Of a stretch of DNA of 64,000 bases, positions 61,937-64,000 are shown piece after piece. Source of the DNA: Auanema rhodensis (Eukaryota > Animalia > Nematoda); assembly GCA_964057225.1 (NCBI GenBank), contig OZ059896.1, forward strand, positions 15,438,001 to 15,502,000, given 5' to 3'. Both the position numbers and the translations under genes were made by a program. Each line of letters starts with the position of its first letter. Position 1 is the stretch's first letter. The notes under the pieces are model-generated. The model was not told the origin of the DNA, searched no databases, and saw nothing but the letters and a program-made list of their open reading frames with translations.

Positions 61937-62114
61937 ATAACAATATGTTCTTACTTGTCCTGAATAAACACTTTGAACTTTAATATGTAAGAATATTCAT
62001 ATTTTAAACAACTATTAATTCACGTAATCACCCGCTTGTTACCTGGTTGGGAATCCCGGGTGCCGTAAGCTTTTCCCTTTTCTCATATTTTCATATAGTT
62101 TATCATCTTTAGTT

Positions 62115-62130
62115 ACCTATATGGTATACG
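62115..62130 (+). promoter_or_regulatory. snRNA PSE of U4 (repeated in each unit: +490, +980, +1470)
   Basis: ACCTATATGGTATACG at -58..-43 from U4 start, same offset as the U2 element. Confidence 0.75.
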
Positions 62131-62172
62131 GTTAACTAGAAATGCTTTCGTTTTCGGAGACAACTGTTAGAC

Positions 62173-62313
62173 AGCTTTGCGCAGTGGCGATAACGTGACC
62201 AATGAGGCTTTGCCGAGGTGCGTTTATTGCTGGTTGAAAACTTTTCCCAATTACCCGCGATATTCCCTGAAACATGGGTGATATACGCAATTTTTGAATG
62301 CCTGATAAGGCTG
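62173..62313 (+). ncRNA. U4: U4 spliceosomal snRNA, copy 1
   Basis: AGCTTTGCGCAGTGGC, K-turn 5' stem-loop CCAATGAGG..CCGAGG, TGCTGGTTGAAAACTTTTCCCAA, Sm site AATTTTTG, 3' hairpin GCCTGATAAGGC. Confidence 0.97.
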
Positions 62314-62442
62314 ATTAGCATATTATGGAAGATTGTTCCACGTGAAATGACGTCATTTTTCTCATGACGCGTCAATTTTCAAAACCAAATTAGAAGGAAC
62401 GGTTGCACTCCATACATATTCCGAAAAGTAAGGTAAGCATTC

Positions 62443-62561
62443 GCTTACGACCATACCACGTTGAAAGTACGCCATCCCGTTCGATCTAGCAAGTCAAGCA
62501 AAGTTGGGCCCGGTTAGTACTTGGATCGGAGACGGCTTGGGAATCCCGGGTGCCGTAAGCT
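62443..62561 (+). rRNA. 5S rRNA, copy 1
   Basis: GCTTACGACCATACCACG...AGTACTTGGATCGGAGAC..GGGAATCCCGGGTGCCGTAAGC followed by T-run Pol III terminator. Confidence 0.97.
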
Positions 62562-62662
62562 TTTCCTTTTTCTCATATTTTCATATAGTTTATCATCTTT
62601 AGTTACCTATATGGTATACGGTTAACTAGAAATGCTTTCGTTTTCGGAGACAACTGTTAGAC

Positions 62663-62803
62663 AGCTTTGCGCAGTGGCGATAACGTGACCAATGAGGCTT
62701 TGCCGAGGTGCGTTTATTGCTGGTTGAAAACTTTTCCCAATTACCCGCGATATTCCCTGAAACATGGGTGATATACGCAATTTTTGAATGCCTGATAAGG
62801 CTG
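62663..62803 (+). ncRNA. U4: U4 snRNA, copy 2
   Basis: Identical to copy 1. Confidence 0.97.
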
Positions 62804-62932
62804 ATTAGCATATTATGGAAGATTGTTCCACGTGAAATGACGTCATTTTTCTCATGACGCGTCAATTTTCAAAACCAAATTAGAAGGAACGGTTGCACTC
62901 CATACATATTCCGAAATGAAAGGTAAGCATTC

Positions 62933-63051
62933 GCTTACGACCATACCACGTTGAAAGTAAACCATCCCGTTCGATCTGGCAAGTCAAGCAACGTTGGGCC
63001 CGGTTAGTACTTGGATCGGAGACGGCTTGGGAATCCCGGGTGCCGTAAGCT
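62933..63051 (+). rRNA. 5S rRNA, copy 2
   Basis: As copy 1 with point variants. Confidence 0.97.
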
Positions 63052-63152
63052 TTTCCCTTTTCTCATATTTTCATATAGTTTATCATCTTTAGTTACCTAT
63101 ATGGTATACGGTTAACTAGAAATGCTTTTGTTTTCCGAGACAACTGTTAGAC

Positions 63153-63293
63153 AGCTTTGCGCAGTGGCGATAACGTGACCAATGAGGCTTTGCCGAGGTG
63201 CGTTTATTGCTGGTTGAAAACTTTTCCCAATTACCCGCGATATTCCCTGAAACATGGGTGATATACGCAATTTTTGAATGCCTGATAAGGCTG
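63153..63293 (+). ncRNA. U4: U4 snRNA, copy 3
   Basis: Identical to copy 1. Confidence 0.97.
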
Positions 63294-63422
63294 ATTAGCA
63301 TAATATGGAAGATTGTTCCACGTGAAATGACGTCATTTTTCTCATGACGCGTCAATTTTCAAAACCAAATTAGAAGGAACGGTTGCACTCCATACATATT
63401 CCGAAAAGAAAGGTAAGCATTC

Positions 63423-63541
63423 GCTTACGACCATACCACGTTGAAAATACGCCATCCCGTTCGATCTAGCAAGTCAAGCAACGTTGGGCCCGGCTAGTAC
63501 TTGGATCGGAGACGGCTTGGGAATTCCGGGTGCCGTAAGCT
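63423..63541 (+). rRNA. 5S rRNA, copy 3
   Basis: As copy 1 with point variants. Confidence 0.97.
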
Positions 63542-63642
63542 TTTCCCTTTTCTCATATTTTCATATAGTTTATCATCTTTAGTTACCTATATGGTATACG
63601 GTTAACTAGAAATGCTTTTGTTTTCCGAGACAACTGTTAGAC

Positions 63643-63783
63643 AGCTTTGCGCAGTGGCGATAACGTGACCAATGAGGCTTTGCCGAGGTGCGTTTATTGC
63701 TGGTTGAAAACTTTTCCCAATTACCCGCGATATTCCCTGAAACATGGGTGATATACGCAATTTTTGAATGCCTGATAAGGCTG
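63643..63783 (+). ncRNA. U4: U4 snRNA, copy 4
   Basis: Identical to copy 1. Confidence 0.97.
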
Positions 63784-63893
63784 ATTAGAATATTATGGTA
63801 GATTGTTCCACGTGAAATGACGTCATTTTTCAAAACCAAATTAGAAGGAACGGTTGCACTCCATACATATTCCGAAAAGAAAGGTAAGCATTC

Positions 63894-64000
63894 GCTTACG
63901 ACCATACCACGTTGAAAGTACGCCATCCCGTCCGATCTGGCAAGTCAAGCAACGTTGGGCCCGGTTAGTACTTGGATCGGAGACGGCTTGGGAATCCCGG
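63894..64000 (+). rRNA. 5S rRNA, copy 4 (cut by window end)
   Basis: As other copies. Confidence 0.95.

Larger units (their letters stand above)
62047..64000 (+). repeat. Tandem array of 490-bp units, each carrying U4 snRNA + 5S rRNA; runs off window end
   Basis: Near-identical units with 490-bp period (last unit 471 bp); begins with a 5S 3' fragment at 62047-62071. Confidence 0.98.

Noticed and set aside
62136-63926. Repeated minus-strand ORFs (MTRHEKNDVISRG...)
   Set aside because: They are the antisense reading of U4 snRNA and spacer, not proteins
62047-64000. SL1 RNA gene or CRISPR-like interpretation of the array
   Set aside because: No SL1 exon on either strand; units are fully repeated 490-bp blocks with no unique spacers

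Overview
AT-rich, gene-dense eukaryotic DNA from a rhabditid (clade V-like) nematode. The assignment rests on ~42-60 nt introns, nematode-type U2/U4/5S sequences, an srx-type GPCR and a DUF1679 kinase-like gene; species cannot be fixed from sequence alone. About 18 spliced protein genes are present: RabGGTase alpha (partial), GH31 alpha-glucosidase, SDR, LHFPL tetraspan, hsp-1/HSP70, MFSD8-like MFS, a multi-CBM14 (CBD-1-like) protein, a ShK protein, DRAM/TMEM150, rpn-7, a SAM methyltransferase, TMA7, DUF1679, thymidine kinase, rad-51, ebax-1/ZSWIM8, SWEET and srx. A disrupted MFS paralogue carries a composite insertion. The most unusual content is non-coding. (1) The window ends in a 490-bp tandem array in which every unit carries a U4 snRNA gene plus a 5S rRNA gene on the same strand, with no SL1 (the usual nematode 5S partner). 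(2) A structurally intact U2 snRNA gene sits inside a GC-AG intron and has an altered sequence right after the branch-point recognition motif. (3) U2 and U4 share a promoter element at exactly -58..-43. (4) A 5S 5' half and a 5S 3' half flank the srx gene at the array edge. Splice signals are relaxed, including one apparent GT-CG intron. Gene models were assembled by eye, so boundaries may be off by a few bases.
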